Shown piece after piece: positions 12,116-25,576 of a stretch of DNA of 64,000 bases (within the stretch, counting starts at the first letter, position 1; the number at the start of each line of letters is the position of its first letter). Under the pieces are notes generated by a model. That model did not search any database. It saw only the letters and a list, made by a program, of their open reading frames with translations, and was not told the DNA's origin. A program made the position numbers and the translations under genes. Location: positions 3,596,001-3,660,000 of the forward strand of contig CP075494.1 of the NCBI GenBank assembly GCA_021613535.1, read 5' to 3'. The DNA comes from Adineta vaga (Eukaryota; Animalia; Rotifera).

Positions 12116-13202
12116 CTAATTATCTTCTTTTCGATCTCCATTTTTACATTCAGGTGATTTATCTCGCAGACCCGATTTTTGAAATGGATCCCTATAATAA
12201 AAACAAAAACATCATTGATATCAAAATTAAAATTGTACCTACTGCATATTACGTAGACGTAATGTTTTTCTTATATTTAACGGTTCATAATTCTTATGTG
12301 CCTCATAAAAATTATCTTGTGGATGATAACCCAATAATGCACGTGTTGAACTAATATCCATTCGATTCAATGTATTATTCGAGACACCATGTACAATGGC
12401 AAATTTTAGATTAGCTGGTGCATCAATACATTTTTCAAATAATTGAACAGTATCGGGCTGTGATAACCAAGCATCCAGTAATAAAGCGAGCTTTGAGTCA
12501 TCTTTTAAACTTGAATAAGGTTGAAATGCACCTATACGTATTGCAATTGTTGAAAGTCCTTCTTGTTCACCCATGTAACAACCAAGTGCTTCACCAAAAC
12601 ATTTAGTTACACCTAATCAACAAATCAAAAAACATAAAATTCAATTCTTCAAACGTTCAATACCGTAAAGATCTCCTGGATTAACTGGATCAGATGTTTT
12701 AACTTGTGTATCTATAGGATAACCTGATATAGCATGAATCGAACTAGCATAGATCACTCTTTTTACATTTGATTTTTTTGCAGCTAAAAATATATTGTAT
12801 GTTCTATAAAAAAAAATTCTTAACAAAAATTAGATAGTCTTATTCAAATCAATACCCTTCTATATTGTCTTTTAACAATGAACCCCATCTAGCACTTGGA
12901 TCTGGTTGTCCAGCGAGATGCAAAACTGTATCAACACCTTCACATGCTTTCATTAATGTTTCTATTTGATTCAATTCCGCTTCGACAACTTCACCATGTA
13001 GTTTTAATGGTTCAACTTCTTCTAGTGGATTTGAAGGACGCACCTCAAGAAAACAAAATCATAAATAAATTTTAAAAGATGATATACAAACCATTAATCG
13101 AAGGTTATATTTTTGTTTATTTACATTTTTAGCAAAATAACTACCAATTGTACCAGCAGCACCAGTAACAAGAATAAGCCGAGACGACTCTGTCGTTGTC
13201 AT
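12116..13202 (-). CDS. NAD-dependent epimerase/dehydratase (extended SDR, uronate dehydrogenase-like), 5 exons
   Basis: Motifs TGAAGTIG, HLAG, YASSIHA, PGDLYG|VTKCFGE (YxxxK) and RIGAF. Four short GT-AG introns; the last exon reads QDPFQKSGLRD...*. Confidence 0.88.
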
Positions 13203-13432
13203 AGTGAAATAGTTAAAAGTAAAGATCTTTAGTTTTTATTTATCTTGTAAAGATAAATAATAGATATTAATGAAATCTTAAAATATCGTTTCGTCTAAAT
13301 AGAAGGAAACACTTTTTGCAGCACGTTCTCACGACCAGCGTTTCTGGTGGAAATCTAAAATAAAATATAGTTTTACACATTGTTTGTAGAAGCATAGTTT
13401 ACACACCCTCAAGATATGTATTTATCTTGATA

Positions 13433-14089
13433 CCCGATATCTGACTTTATCCTGAAAGCTGAGGAACACGAGTTGATTTAGGATAACGATTTAACTGCCG
13501 CAGGAATAAATTCTATATTCTTCGAATGCAAAGATATTAGCTACGTCCTTCACAAATGTGATTAAATTCATGTTCAGAACTTTTTATAAAGGAATTCTAC
13601 ATGATACTTCCAAATTCAAATTTTATATAAATATGTTTAAATTCACGTATTTGGTCCTTACGTTATAACAGAAAATAATGCATGATAATGATAGTACTGA
13701 CGCGTTAATGTAATAATCCATTGTAAAGTATTAGTTCATATATTTGAAATATGCAAAGCGCGTAAAGAAGAAGCAATAAGTGAGGGTGCTCGGTAATCGA
13801 AACAGTATTGCAATGGCACAGGTCTTCCACCGATCGACTACCGAACACAACAAATTTTGCTCTACCTCCGAGAACCCACACGAAGGCATTGACGCGTCGC
13901 ATGAAACTACGTTTTTAAAAACATTCATCGCAACTACTCGGCTGATAAGCGCATTGTCAAACACACGACTCTTCGTGGTTATCTGGACAAATTACAAGTC
14001 ACTACAATAAAGAACATGGTGTAATGAGAGTCCTTTAGATGAAATCAACTCATATTCCTTAGCTTTCAGGATATAGTCAGATACCGGGG
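13433..14089. mobile_element. MITE with about 50-bp TIRs and TA flanks
   Basis: Left cccgatatctgactttatcctgaaagctgaggaacacgagttgattt matches the reverse complement of 14042-14089. TA lies at 13431-2 and 14090-1. Confidence 0.8.
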
Positions 14090-14357
14090 TAACGATATGC
14101 ATAGTATAGTTGGTACGCTTCTGTCTGCTGTAGAGGCAATAGTGAACTATGAGAAGTGGATGCCGCATAGGGTAACGTGGTCAGTTGTTTGCTTTTTTAT
14201 GGATACCGGGTGTAACGGGATTATGACATCACTCGCTGCTTTCAACTATTTCTGTTTGTTTTCATACTCATATCATAACTATAATTCGATACCTCAACCT
14301 ATTCTGAAAGTTTCAACGTTATGGAGCAATGATTGATGGCGGCGAAAATCATCAAAA

Positions 14358-14412
14358 TGGGTGAGGATGTTAGATAGATGTAGTACACACACCCATACCC
14401 ATATCCTCACGA
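14358..14412. repeat. Telomeric-hexamer palindrome copy
   Basis: tgggtgaggatgt...cacccatacccatatcctcacga; a half-site acacaccctcaagat lies at 13401-13415. Confidence 0.75.
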
Positions 14413-14414
14413 TA

Positions 14415-15198
14415 CACTGTGAAAAAAAGAAGTTTTACCAGACCAAAATAGGTCTCAGATAGAACCTGACTAGAATATTTTGGAACAGAGGTTTCGGTGT
14501 GAAGGTTTAGTAGGAAACTTTTTTTTCTTTAAAAAGAACGTTCCGTACAATAGGTACCGTACAGAACTTTCTCTGCATTGATCTTGCTTTTAGTTTAGTG
14601 AAAGACCCCTTTTATAACGATCATATTACAGGTTCCGCATACAGATCCTTCAGAATACATTTTCCAAGTGTTTCTGTCAAAGATCATCTCGCACCTTCAC
14701 AAAAACTGATTAGTTTTTGGCATCTGGATGGATGCCGGCCATTCAAGTAACACCATTGACATTTATTCTAAACAGTCTAGAAGACAGGATGTACTCTATA
14801 TTGAATAATCACTTATCTAATTACCTGCCGGACTATTGAAAAGTGGACGTTTGCCGATATCAGTATTCATATCTTTCACTGAGCCCTCTCCTTTTGTTAA
14901 ATGAAGCAGTAGCAGCTATCAGTCGTTTGGTAGAAGATAGAATAAACAAATCCCCTGACTCGAAATCGATGGTGGTTCGGTGGACATGTTACAGAACTAT
15001 TAACGGTTTCACGTACCGCATAGAAGGCCTTAAGATAGTTTTTCTTCTCAACTGCAGAACCTTCGCGATCTTATCGAACTCAACATAGTTTGGTAGATCA
15101 GGTGCAAAATGTTTTTCATTTTTCGGAACTTAAAATCATTTGGTAGAAGCATGGAAAACCTTTTTAGATTCGGTAAAATACCAAGGTTTTTCACAGTG
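14415..15198. mobile_element. Non-autonomous CACTG-ended (CMC/EnSpm-like) DNA transposon
   Basis: TIR CACTGTGAAAAA...TTTTTCACAGTG with a 2-bp TA duplication and internal agaacc/ggttc-like subterminal repeats. Confidence 0.75.
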
Positions 15199-16774
15199 TA
15201 TCCTCTCTCACATACCTTAGTTCGCCTAATCTCTTTAGTCGATGAGGTAACATCTGACTGAGGGTGCTTCTATTCGTTTTAACTCGAATATACTATTTGC
15301 GGTGAACGTAATATTTCTTGCTATGTCAATTGTGAAAGATGTTGGTTTGTAAGCTCCCACATTTCCACTGTAAATATATATACGAAGGATAATTTTTTTC
15401 CAAAATTCAACTTGAAGTATAAAAGACCATCGACTTGCTTGTTTTATTCTGCTCTTTTTTTATTTTTGCTTGTTCGCAGAACAATTTCATCACATTTGAT
15501 TTTTTGTCTGTTCTTCACCTAACATACCATTGGAAGGAAGTGTAAACACAGATGCCTGACGACAATATTCCAAGGAAAAAAAATCCTTCCAAGTCACTGC
15601 AAACAAGTAACTCTCATCCGGAGGATTTGCTAACTCTTTTTGAAAGAAAGTTCAGAATGAGTTTCATAAAAAAAAACCCGTTCACGATTATATTTTATGT
15701 CAGAGGTTTCTTAACTAAAAGAAAGCTACGAAGACAACATACACCTTTTAGCGATGTATGTTCCATAAGAATATCATAGGACTGCTTTCTACTTCTGCTT
15801 TTACTTTGGAAAATATTTTCTTGTTTTTTTTAACTTTTTTTCCCAAAAACCAAATTGTCGTCAAATACAATTTTGTAACAAACGCAAAGTAATGGTGTCG
15901 ACAAGACAATATATAAGAGAACGAAAGAAAAGAGGAAAATGAGAATGAGTGAGTACCCAGAAATGTTTATATGTCTCATATGTATGTAACAGGACTCCGC
16001 GTGGAACATTCCATGAGAGGAAAGTAGATAGTGTTTTTTTCTTCAAAATTCTATGAATTTAAGAACTTCCTTTTTTGTGAAAATGATAGATTCTAATGTT
16101 GGTACTTTCAAGATGACGTAACTACATATGCAATCCTTTTCAGTGAAATATGAACTAGAAGAGAGTGTTGAAGTATTTAAGGGCAGAAATTTAGACCCAT
16201 CACCTTCTACACACAGACGTGACCGATCGATACTATGACCTCCTCACAAACGTCACTAAAACCCTCAGATGATTTGCCACTTTTCAACTGATTTTTACGT
16301 AAAAGTCAATATTGACTCTTACCAAAAAGTCATAGGTATACGCTCGAGTTTATTAATAGATAACATCAATAAGCTTACACCTCTGATTACCTAGATCTAG
16401 AAAAAGGCCAGGATGAGGATCATTAGAGGAAGTCGGATGTATTTCACCCAGATGACCTGTGTTAGTTATCAGTCCTTGTTATAGATATTGTCACCAAACT
16501 TTCCATTATGATTGCTCAGGTCTAGAAAATGGTCAAAATGTGGTTGAGATCATTAGGGCAAGGGTCAGCAGGGAGACGTGGGTGAATTTCACCCAAGACT
16601 TCTTTGTGTTATTTCACATTACGAAAGTCATTCTAAGTGTGCTAGTTGGTGAAAAATGTAGAAATTCATTCAAAAATACTATTTCTTTTAATTTGAAGGC
16701 CTCAAATGAACATAATTCAAGTGTCAACAATATGTTACTGACATTAGATTTGAAACCTCTCGCTTGTTTCAGTG

Positions 16775-17316
16775 TAGTCAACAAAAAGTGAGTGCACTAA
16801 TAGAATCGATCAGTGTGTCTGTCCACCCGTTCGTTTACACGATAGCTCCTGAAAGGCTAATCCGATTATGATGAAATTTTTTACAAAGTATTGTCACATC
16901 AATATCTTGTTGGAATTCGAAGATGTGCCTGATTGGACGAGTCATTGCTAAGATATTTAAAAAGTACTGACATTTCCCTAGGTCTTCTATCTCATACATT
17001 TTTTGCAGTACACATAACTTTCGGATAAAATCTGAAGTTTCCGCATTTAGTTTTGATTGAAAATTATATTATTTCGTAAAAAACATGATAAAAACTGTGT
17101 TATTTGAACATTTACTTGTGTATTCATGTAGAAAACCAGGCATATCTCCGAAGAACACTAGTAACCAAAAATTTTAAAAAGATGTTTTTTTGTGATTCAT
17201 ATTAAATCATAGACGTTCAAATAAAACTACATGAATTTAATATTAAAACTCATCACAATCGCCATGAAAAAACCATAGTAGGACGAATGGATCTCTTATG
17301 CGCCGCCGTCCTTTTT
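16775..17316. mobile_element. Possible Helentron-associated (HINE/DINE-like) element
   Basis: gtgtgtctgtccacccgttcg microsatellite-like tract, a ccgatt..gatgaaatttt block, and a 3' stem AGGACG/CGTCCT followed by a T-run. Confidence 0.35.
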
Positions 17317-17599
17317 ATAGTCCATTTGCTGAGTCATTGTATACGTATTTCATTTTATCATGTTCTTTCATCGCTACGACCTTATGATCGAAAGCTGTTA
17401 TCTTTTTTTGTTATTTTGTACCAATTTGTACGCGTAGGTTTTTTCTTGCTTTCGTATAATTTCTTCATTCGCGGAAATCTGTTCTTTGCATTTCATCATT
17501 AAGTTTTGTTCTTCCATTGCCATATAAGACGTATTTTTCGATGACTCATTTCTATTTTTTATTTCGTTTTTAAGACGAACATATTTATATAACGTTTCT

Positions 17600-18604
17600 A
17601 TGACTGTTCGAATCGTTTCATACAATTTGTTGGTACCTCTCTATGCTGATCGACCAGAGTTTTACTTCAAATGTCAACCTCAATTTCTTAAAACTGACTA
17701 TCGATGGAATTTAATTCATGCTCAACTAGAAGAAGAAATTACACATCATGAAAATACAGTTATATGTTTACAAGAATTGTCTCTTTCAATGTTACCCAAG
17801 CTCGAATTATTCTTTCGTTCATTGAATTATAGTCTTTTTCATAATCTTTATGGTCAAAGTTGCAGTGATTATATAGGTATAGGTATAGCAATTCCTGTTT
17901 CGACGCAACTCAATTCCATCTCTTTCATTAAAATTGGAGATCATATACAATCAATTAGTAAACATCATGAAAAACAGACAAATGTCTTTACATGGGGATG
18001 GGATTTCTGTCAATCTATTTTAAGTAAATTCATACAACTCGAATCTGATCCGTGGAAAACTGCTATGAATAAAAGTAATACCCTCATCTGTTTACAAATT
18101 GTAATCGATGGTAAACCATTATATGTCGGTACATATCATATGCCTTGTCTTTATAAAGAACCTGATGTAATGGCAATACATTCATCGATAGTAAAAGATT
18201 TAATGTTTCAAATAGCAGCTGGACAAGATTTTATTTTAGCAGGTGATTTCAATCTTAAACCATGGGATACATGTTATCAAGCTTTAACAGAAAAAGGTTA
18301 TATTGATATTAATTATCCAAAATCTAATAATTATAAAATATCTTATCGACCAAATACAGAACAAGTATTAAAAAGTGCTTACCGCGAAAAGAACGGATCA
18401 GAACCTAAGTATACAAATTATTCTGATACAACAAAGTCCTCAAATTTTTGTGCTACTTTGGATTACATATTTTTTTTTGGTCATCTAACAGTAGAAAAAG
18501 TGTTGGAATTACCTGATCATCCTACTGGTGAATCTTATCCAGATGAAACACATCCTTCCGATCATATAATGATTGCAGCAACATTCAGATTATGGGACTT
18601 TTAG
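17600..18604 (+). CDS. EEP-superfamily phosphodiesterase (CCR4/nocturnin/angel-like), intronless
   Basis: Motifs SYNLL, CLQE, TYHMP, GDFN, LDYIF and HPSDH. Confidence 0.9.
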   Translation: MTVRIVSYNLLVPLYADRPEFYFKCQPQFLKTDYRWNLIHAQLEEEITHHENTVICLQELSLSMLPKLELFFRSLNYSLFHNLYGQSCSDYIGIGIAIPVSTQLNSISFIKIGDHIQSISKHHEKQTNVFTWGWDFCQSILSKFIQLESDPWKTAMNKSNTLICLQIVIDGKPLYVGTYHMPCLYKEPDVMAIHSSIVKDLMFQIAAGQDFILAGDFNLKPWDTCYQALTEKGYIDINYPKSNNYKISYRPNTEQVLKSAYREKNGSEPKYTNYSDTTKSSNFCATLDYIFFFGHLTVEKVLELPDHPTGESYPDETHPSDHIMIAATFRLWDF

Positions 18605-19445
18605 AAAAATTCATAAAACTCATTTATGCATAGCTGTAACTTACGAATTTTTTTTAAACAATAACTAAAGTTTGATTTTTTTAATTCTTATGACCCTCTC
18701 TATAATCCAGGGAACAACCACTATCATTTAGAAGGTACTATTACCTTGTTTTTGAATGACATTTTCCAAGAAACTCTCTATCCAAAAAATGAAGTTTGCT
18801 TGAAGTATTAAGCATTTTTTACCTCATCCTCAAGAGATCGTACCGCTCACAGTTACGTTCAGCAGTTGCACTTACAGTGAAACTTCTCTATATGAGCCAT
18901 ATATTTCTTTTTCTATTGTTCTTGTTCCGTCAATAAGAAGAATAGATCGTTTGTCCGACGTGAGAAACAAGATCACCGCACATCTATACATCTCTCATTG
19001 TGTACTCAACGATAAGAATATGTTCTCACCCACACCCACCCTTTCTCAATTCACGCGTAAGTGCCATGAGCGTAAATGTCGGTGAATCATGCCGGATATG
19101 CTGAACATCCTTCTGAATACTTATTAAAAAGCTCTTAGCGCAATCCCTAGTAGATTAAAATTGTGAAACACGATAAACCTGTTGGTATCATTGTAACGGA
19201 AATTCACAATGAAAACTTCTTTTTGTATTAATTATAAGATGTATATTTTTTGCGATAGTTTACATAAGTAAATAAATCAAGGATTTTATATCAATATTAT
19301 CTCATTCAAATTAATTTCCTTTTATTTGTTCGGTTTTTGAAAGTATTGTTGTGTCTCACTTGGTTCTATTGACTAGTTGATAATGGAGCTATTTTTTCAT
19401 TTTTAGTTATTATTCTATACATTGATGTTAAAAATTTAACAGCTT

Positions 19446-19713
19446 AAAGAAGTTTTGACCCTCAATGGTCTCCACAGAGCAGTCCAATCAGCATTAAAAT
19501 ATTCTGAAAGTTTCAGCCGAAAAAAGTGTCCCTTTGTCGAGATACTGTATCATTAAAGAATAATCATCTACTGTAGAGACAACACGTAAAATTTTACTTT
19601 ACTTGAAAATTCAATAATTCGGCAAAAGAGCACTTTTTCCGGCTGAAACTCTCAGAATATTCTAATGCTGATTGGACCTCTCTATGAGAACCATTTCAGG
19701 TCAAAACTCCTTT
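19446..19713. mobile_element. Foldback/MITE-like inverted repeat with arms of about 95 bp
   Basis: agttttgacc...ccaatcagcatt...ttcagccgaaaaaagtg is mirrored by cactttttccggctgaa...aatgctgattgg...ggtcaaaact. Confidence 0.75.
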
Positions 19714-19947
19714 GTCCAATATTTTGCTCGATGACAAAAAGAAGGCTAAAAATGTAGTAAAAAGCCTAGAACTCGGCTCCAAAGGTCTAGCGGCTCAAAT
19801 TATCACAGGATTACATTAGTCTTGTGGTCTCCTATCTTTGGCTAAAATATCGACTCAAGAGCGATTTGATAGGTGAGTGCCCTCCCTCGTAAACTTTGGT
19901 CTTGGTTCTGCCGAACAAAGTTTGCAATATGAGTTATAGTTTCGATC

Positions 19948-20793
19948 TCAAACAGAAAATTCTGTTTTTTCATATAATGGCGCATCCTCAGGGAACATCC
20001 AAAAATTTTGTTCACCTTTTGACAAATATGAAGTGAGTCCATTCTTTGACACAGTCCAGTTATCATCCAGCAATTCTAAATGAGTCAAGCTGCAGACGCC
20101 TGCTCGAATCGGAGACATGTCCCATGCAGAAAGATTGTTATTTTCTTGGTTCGTTGCGATTATGACTTCTTTTTTCGTCACCACCTCCTGACTTCGTTCT
20201 TTACTGACTGTTACCAATGTTCTGACACCTTCGATCAATGTTGCTGCATGAGTAACTATTAAAATATTACAGTCAGTTGTGTGAGCATCCAGCGTACATC
20301 GTATGACTTGTTTCAAACGATTACGCAATTGCTGACGAGTTTCTTCTCTCGCTTGTGAATAATAATTGGATTGGAAGACGCTAGCGTAATCGTGATCAAA
20401 ATAATTAACGTTTTGAGAGATTTCGGAGAGTTGATCCAAAGGTTGATATATGTAATTGTCATTCGATATGACGTCGTTAAGGAAATATTCACCATACCCT
20501 AGTTCCAATCGAATTTTTGTAAGTTCATGAGATGATGAAACATTCTTGTTCAGTTCGTTAGCTACTTGTAGTGCGGTTTGAATTGTACGTAAGAATGGTG
20601 ATGTATATATATGAGTTATTCGTGGCTGGAGTTTGGCGACGTACACACCGAGTTCATCTGCCTGTTGAAGACCGTATGGTGATAATGGAGGATTCAAATG
20701 CCATTTCGTCGTTTCTTTCCACTTTTTATCAATAAAATCGATTCGTTCACCGTGTCTAGCAAAATAAATATTTTTCGTCTGTAGCTTTGTCAT
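19948..20793 (-). CDS. Histidine phosphatase (PGM family, resembles fungal Tfc7-type), intronless
   Basis: Motifs RHGERID, PPLS..G..QA, SPFLRTIQTA, LIVTHAA and C-terminal NG.TSYLSKGEQNFW. Confidence 0.88.
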   Translation of the reverse strand: MTKLQTKNIYFARHGERIDFIDKKWKETTKWHLNPPLSPYGLQQADELGVYVAKLQPRITHIYTSPFLRTIQTALQVANELNKNVSSSHELTKIRLELGYGEYFLNDVISNDNYIYQPLDQLSEISQNVNYFDHDYASVFQSNYYSQAREETRQQLRNRLKQVIRCTLDAHTTDCNILIVTHAATLIEGVRTLVTVSKERSQEVVTKKEVIIATNQENNNLSAWDMSPIRAGVCSLTHLELLDDNWTVSKNGLTSYLSKGEQNFWMFPEDAPLYEKTEFSV

Positions 20794-21333
20794 TGTGCAC
20801 GCGCATGTGAATGTTGTGTGTGCAATTTCGTTTCTTCTGTAATTTTTTCTTTCTATTTATTGAGTCATCGCGTGATATTGTTGTCGACAATGAAGGAAGT
20901 AGACTTGTTCTTGGTAGCATAAAGATGGTAAATAAAAAGCTCGGTGTTTATTGGTTGCGACAAAAATCAATTTCTGATTTCATTCTGCCATATTCATTGC
21001 ATCGTTTACTAAATTATTACTACGAAGAAATTGCAATAAAATATGGGAGAGTGCTTATCACAAATGTCGTAAGCCATGTAATAGGTGTCGCGTTTTGGTC
21101 GGTGATCATTTTAGACATTACACTATAATCTAGGGATGTGCAGTATCAGCGAAAACACTGGAAAACTGACAGTGTTACAATGCCACTGTCTGTACTGAGA
21201 GCACACTGTACACTAATGTGATGTTCACAGAACCATTGATTTTTGTAATATTATGCATCTTTTATGACTCGAGTTATTCCTGAACTTATCCGACACCTAT
21301 TTTGCGCAAGTAGTTCTGATGATTTCTTTTTAA

Positions 21334-21647
21334 TCTTGAGGATGTGAGGGTGAGGATGAAGAAGATCTTTACTTCGTTGGAGTTCCATTTTAATTACTTT
21401 TAGCTTTCAACATTTGTATAATTTTTATTTCCTGCATTTTTTCTTTCTTCCTCTTCCCATCCATTCACAATGCGCGGCACATATGGCAAAATCGTCAAAG
21501 AGCAACTAGGTCAGGTCCAGTTTTGCCTTTCATGGATTCACTTCTAACAATGTGAGCACAACTTTATTGTTGAAGAATTTAGTGAGATTATAATGGGTAT
21601 GGTTGTAAAATGATTATCACACCCACACCTACAACTACACCCGCAAG
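21334..21647. repeat. Telomeric-hexamer half-site plus palindrome copy
   Basis: tcttgaggatgtgagggtgaggatg (21334-21358) and tgggtatggttgt...cacacccacacctacaactacacccgcaag (21594-21647). Confidence 0.75.
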
Positions 21648-21883
21648 TTCAGTTTTTCAAAAATTTTTCTTGCTATTGATTATTTTACACACAGGATAGG
21701 TTTTTTATGAAAAAAAAGATCTGTTAAAGTTTGACCAGAGTTAGTCAAGATCAAAGAGCTTAAATCGGAGGTAGGTGCTTTGAAAGTGTATCAGTAAATA
21801 GTTGGCTCATAGTTCAGAAATAGAATTTTGTACGAGAAAGAGTTAACCGAGTCGGCAGAAGAGTGTTACTTGTAATGAATATA

Positions 21884-22834
21884 TTAGTCTTGAATAGGTA
21901 CAGGATAAAGTGGTCGTTCACCATTCATAACACGTAATATATCTTGAATTGCTTTTGTACGTAAAGCTATTTCTGCTTGTTGAGTATACCAAGCTACATG
22001 TGGTGTTAATTGAATTCGATCAAGTTTTATTAATTCTGGATCAATTTCTGGTTCATTTTCGAGTACATCAAGTGCAGCATAAGATATCTGTCCATTTTTT
22101 AAAGCTTCTATAAGTGCTTGAGTATCAACTACTGCTCCTCGACTAGTATTTATTAAAATTGGTCGTCGTTTCATACGATTAATTGAGTTTGATGAAATTA
22201 AATGATAATTCGCCGGTGTAAGTGGAATATGAAGTGAAATAATATCACAATTTTCATAGATTTCATCAATTGAAGTACAATTTGAAGGTGCTACTGGGTC
22301 ATAAGAAAATATTTCTTTAACAAATGGGCGCATTTTAGTAGCAAAACATGATCCAATACGACCCATACCAATAACGCCTAAATTCAATGTATATAAACTT
22401 TGTATATTAGTACCAGTAATTTCAAGATTCCAAAGTTTTTGTTCAACAATTGACCGATGAAATAATGATAGACGACGATGAGCAGCAAAAAGAAGAGCTA
22501 CGGCGTGATCAGCAACCTCGTTTGTACCATAATCAGGTACATAACAAGCGATAATATTACGTTGAAGACATGCTTTGACATTAAGCAAGTCGAAACCAAC
22601 TCCCAGACGAGTTACAACACGACAAGAAGGTGAAATACATTGGACAATGTCGGATGTAATTGGTACACGGGTAGTGATAATAGCAATTACAAGTGGATTT
22701 GAAATATATGAGGCAAGATTTGTTACATCAGAAACAACAACAAGTTCGTATGGAGTTGATGATAGAAGATTTTTTTCAATTGAAAATTCAGTGAAACCTG
22801 GTTTAAGTAAAAGAATTTGCTGTTTACCCGTCAT
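21884..22834 (-). CDS. D-2-hydroxyacid dehydrogenase (bacterial CtBP-like subfamily), intronless
   Basis: Motifs GVGFD, VPDYGTNEVADHA, GMGRIG, LHIPLT, NTSRG, LDVLENEP and TPHVAW. Confidence 0.92.
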   Translation of the reverse strand: MTGKQQILLLKPGFTEFSIEKNLLSSTPYELVVVSDVTNLASYISNPLVIAIITTRVPITSDIVQCISPSCRVVTRLGVGFDLLNVKACLQRNIIACYVPDYGTNEVADHAVALLFAAHRRLSLFHRSIVEQKLWNLEITGTNIQSLYTLNLGVIGMGRIGSCFATKMRPFVKEIFSYDPVAPSNCTSIDEIYENCDIISLHIPLTPANYHLISSNSINRMKRRPILINTSRGAVVDTQALIEALKNGQISYAALDVLENEPEIDPELIKLDRIQLTPHVAWYTQQAEIALRTKAIQDILRVMNGERPLYPVPIQD

Positions 22835-22879
22835 TATTATCTAAAATAAATATCTTCAAGCTTTTCAAAAGATCAACCA

Positions 22880-22950
22880 TTGCGGGCGTTAGTGAAGGAA
22901 AAATGATTACATTCACACTCATACCCTCATCAACAGTCTCGCCCCTCAAA
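22880..22950. repeat. Telomeric-hexamer palindrome copy
   Basis: ttgcgggcg...cacactcataccctcat...cgcccctcaa. Confidence 0.65.
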
Positions 22951-23003
22951 ATGGTTGATTTTCATGATTTGTGATTTCTACTGATTTGTCAATGATGATT
23001 ATA

Positions 23004-23520
23004 CTTTCGCGGAAAAAATGAGAATAAATTCTATATTTACTTTAATTCCATTTGGAAGGTTTCATTCAAGCGAACAATGAAACAGGACGAAGGACGCACT
23101 ATTACGATTACTTGCGATGTCCCTTGCATCAACACTCTTAATTACACATACTTGTCATTAGTGGCGATGGCTCAGTCTCTTCACCGGACAGAGTTTTTAC
23201 TGCTAAATCATGCTATGAGTGTGGGTTACAACGATATGCTCACCTAAATTCCACCTCAGTCTATACCCAAACGCGTCGCAGATTGATTTAATCAGTCCTC
23301 ACATCGGTACATTCACCTGAAATAACACAGTGTGGTATGCTTCGTCTGTAATCACTATTCTGTGCATGACATATATGCGCAATTAAAAGTGTTGATTCAA
23401 GGGACACCACAGGTAGTCGTAATAGTGCGTCCTTTGTCCTGTTTCATTGTTCGCTAGAATGAAACCTTCTAAATGGAATTAAAGTAAATATAGAATTTAT
23501 TCTCATTTTTTCCGCGAAAG
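23004..23520. mobile_element. MITE with about 140-bp TIRs and a TA target duplication
   Basis: ctttcgcggaaaaaatgagaataaattctatatttac... is mirrored almost perfectly at the right end. TA lies at 23002-3 and 23521-2. Confidence 0.9.
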
Positions 23521-23564
23521 TAGAGTCGTTACTGGAGTTTTTTCGTCGCAACTCTGCAGAGCAG

Positions 23565-23624
23565 TCTTGAGGGTACGGGGGTGGGGAGAGTATTCACATT
23601 TGAATTTTATATAAACCCACACTC
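23565..23624. repeat. Telomeric-hexamer palindrome copy
   Basis: tcttgagggtacgggggtgggg...acccacactc. Confidence 0.8.
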
Positions 23625-25084
23625 TTTTTTATCCTATAATTTCTTCATATAATTTTGTAAAAACGCGTATCATATATCTTTCTGAAAAAAATTAAACTGT
23701 ATATATTATATAAAACGGTTATGCAGAAGTTACAACAAGGAGCATATGATAATGTGATATGAAAATAATACTTCTAAAGTTCCTCTTGCTTGTTGAGTTG
23801 ATTTCATGTTCCTGGGCTTATGTTGGTTTCTATTTATTTTGTTTGTATTATGGTTGAGTGTTGTAAATATTGTAAATTTTCTTCCTAATTAAAAGCTTTA
23901 AGTAATGAAATGCTGAAAATCTCCTCATTTTATAGATCTTCGCTCTTTTCCTGGAAGTTTTTTTCTTCTTCCGTTTTTCTTTTCTTATGGTTAAAACAAC
24001 GCCTTTTTCCGTTGCTGATTTTTTTTTTACAGACCTCTCAAAACGAGAAGTAGTCAACGTAAACATACGTTTGCAACACATGGCAAACTATTATTTGTTA
24101 TATACTATGGAGATAATAATTGTCACAACTCTCATTTATAGCATACGTAACGCACACACAAAATAAAATGACCATTGCCTATTTTACAATAAATTTTCAT
24201 CTGTTTTTGTAATGAGATCTAGTGAATGAGAAAAAATACTATAATCTACGGATCATCTGCTTTAGATATCATATGAAATATTATGAAAAAAATCTTTATA
24301 CGACGTATTTTATATATTTGCATAAAATCTTTCCGCGAAAGAAATATTTTCAACGGAGAAAAGAATTCACAGAATTTTTCATGTGATTATTGTGTTTGTT
24401 TTCTTCTAAAAGCGTTAACAAAATAACGAATGCTTTGAATATGCGACGAGAAAAAAGCCAATTGAATCCGTAAGCTAAGACTAGAAAATATCGATATATT
24501 TATCACAGTTTTTACAATATTTACTTAGGGTATGTCCAAAAGTAGTGGCAGAGGTTCTCTTTTCTCTTATAAATAGATCTTAAAAATATTCCTTTTCACC
24601 AATCGATAGAGGGTGTGCGTCTCACCTAATATTTTCTGGAAAAATTTGCGTCCGAAAGTATAAATTTGAATAACGAGAAGATGTCTACATCCTTTTTGTT
24701 TAATTGATTTAAAATACAGATACTATAGAAATTTAAATAATGAACAGGAGCATGCTTGATTTTCACCAATAGGGATAGTTGTCGATTGATTCAAATCATT
24801 AGATTGTAAACGATAAAATAACAAAACAACTATGATCAAATTATTAACAGACAATATTCATTGGCGGTACAAATTTATTTTTCTAGGAGGGACAAATAAT
24901 TTCTAAATCATTTTCCCTCAAATTTGACTGAAGGTAAACGTCGTTGTATAGTAGTTCGATATTGAACAATAGATTTATGAAATTTTTCTTTATAAAATTT
25001 TTGATGGTAAAATAAATATAATAAAAGTAAGCATTGTTGGAATAAATAAAATTAAATATCCACAAAGAAATAACCATGAATCAT

Positions 25085-25139
25085 TAGGGTGTGGGTGAGA
25101 GTTAAGAGAATATACTCACATCCTCGCCACCCACACCCA
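25085..25139. repeat. Telomeric-hexamer palindrome copy
   Basis: agggtgtgggtgag...ctcacatcctcgccacccacaccc. Confidence 0.88.
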
Positions 25140-25576
25140 TTCATATAATGTCAATATTCGCTTGTAAATTTCATTATCATGCTGCTATAGAAACAAACAA
25201 AATATATTCTTATACAAAAATGAGAGACGTCATAACGATAATTATTTAAAACTTAGTAACAATTATGTTTCTTCTTTTTTTTCTCATTACTGTCATTATT
25301 AAAAAAAAGATCTACAAGTGTTCAACGACATTTTCTCAAGGGGGAAAAGTGAGACTTCAGGATTTAAATACTTAGTACTCCTTCATTCGTAATGACTTCA
25401 AATACTTCTGAAGTAGATGAAAATTCGTTATTTCCCATTGCGTCTTCTTTAATATAATTAAGAAAATATGACTTAGATTTTTGTCTTCTTATAAAATAGT
25501 CTTTTACATTTTCCTTATGTTGCAGAAAATACTAAATTAACAATAACTACTATAGAAGTAAAGTCTTGAAGTGAAT

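Noticed and set aside
12239-12241. Apparent TAG stop or readthrough in the SDR gene
   Set aside because: A GT donor at CA|GTAG removes it and splices in frame to a final exon.
13705-16791. Short ORFs of 60-110 aa
   Set aside because: They show no motifs, and several lie inside TIR elements.
17600-22834. Bacterial contamination explaining the intronless enzymes
   Set aside because: Base composition matches the flanks, the same palindromes and MITEs are interleaved, there is no operon structure, and the segment is contiguous with intron-rich animal genes.
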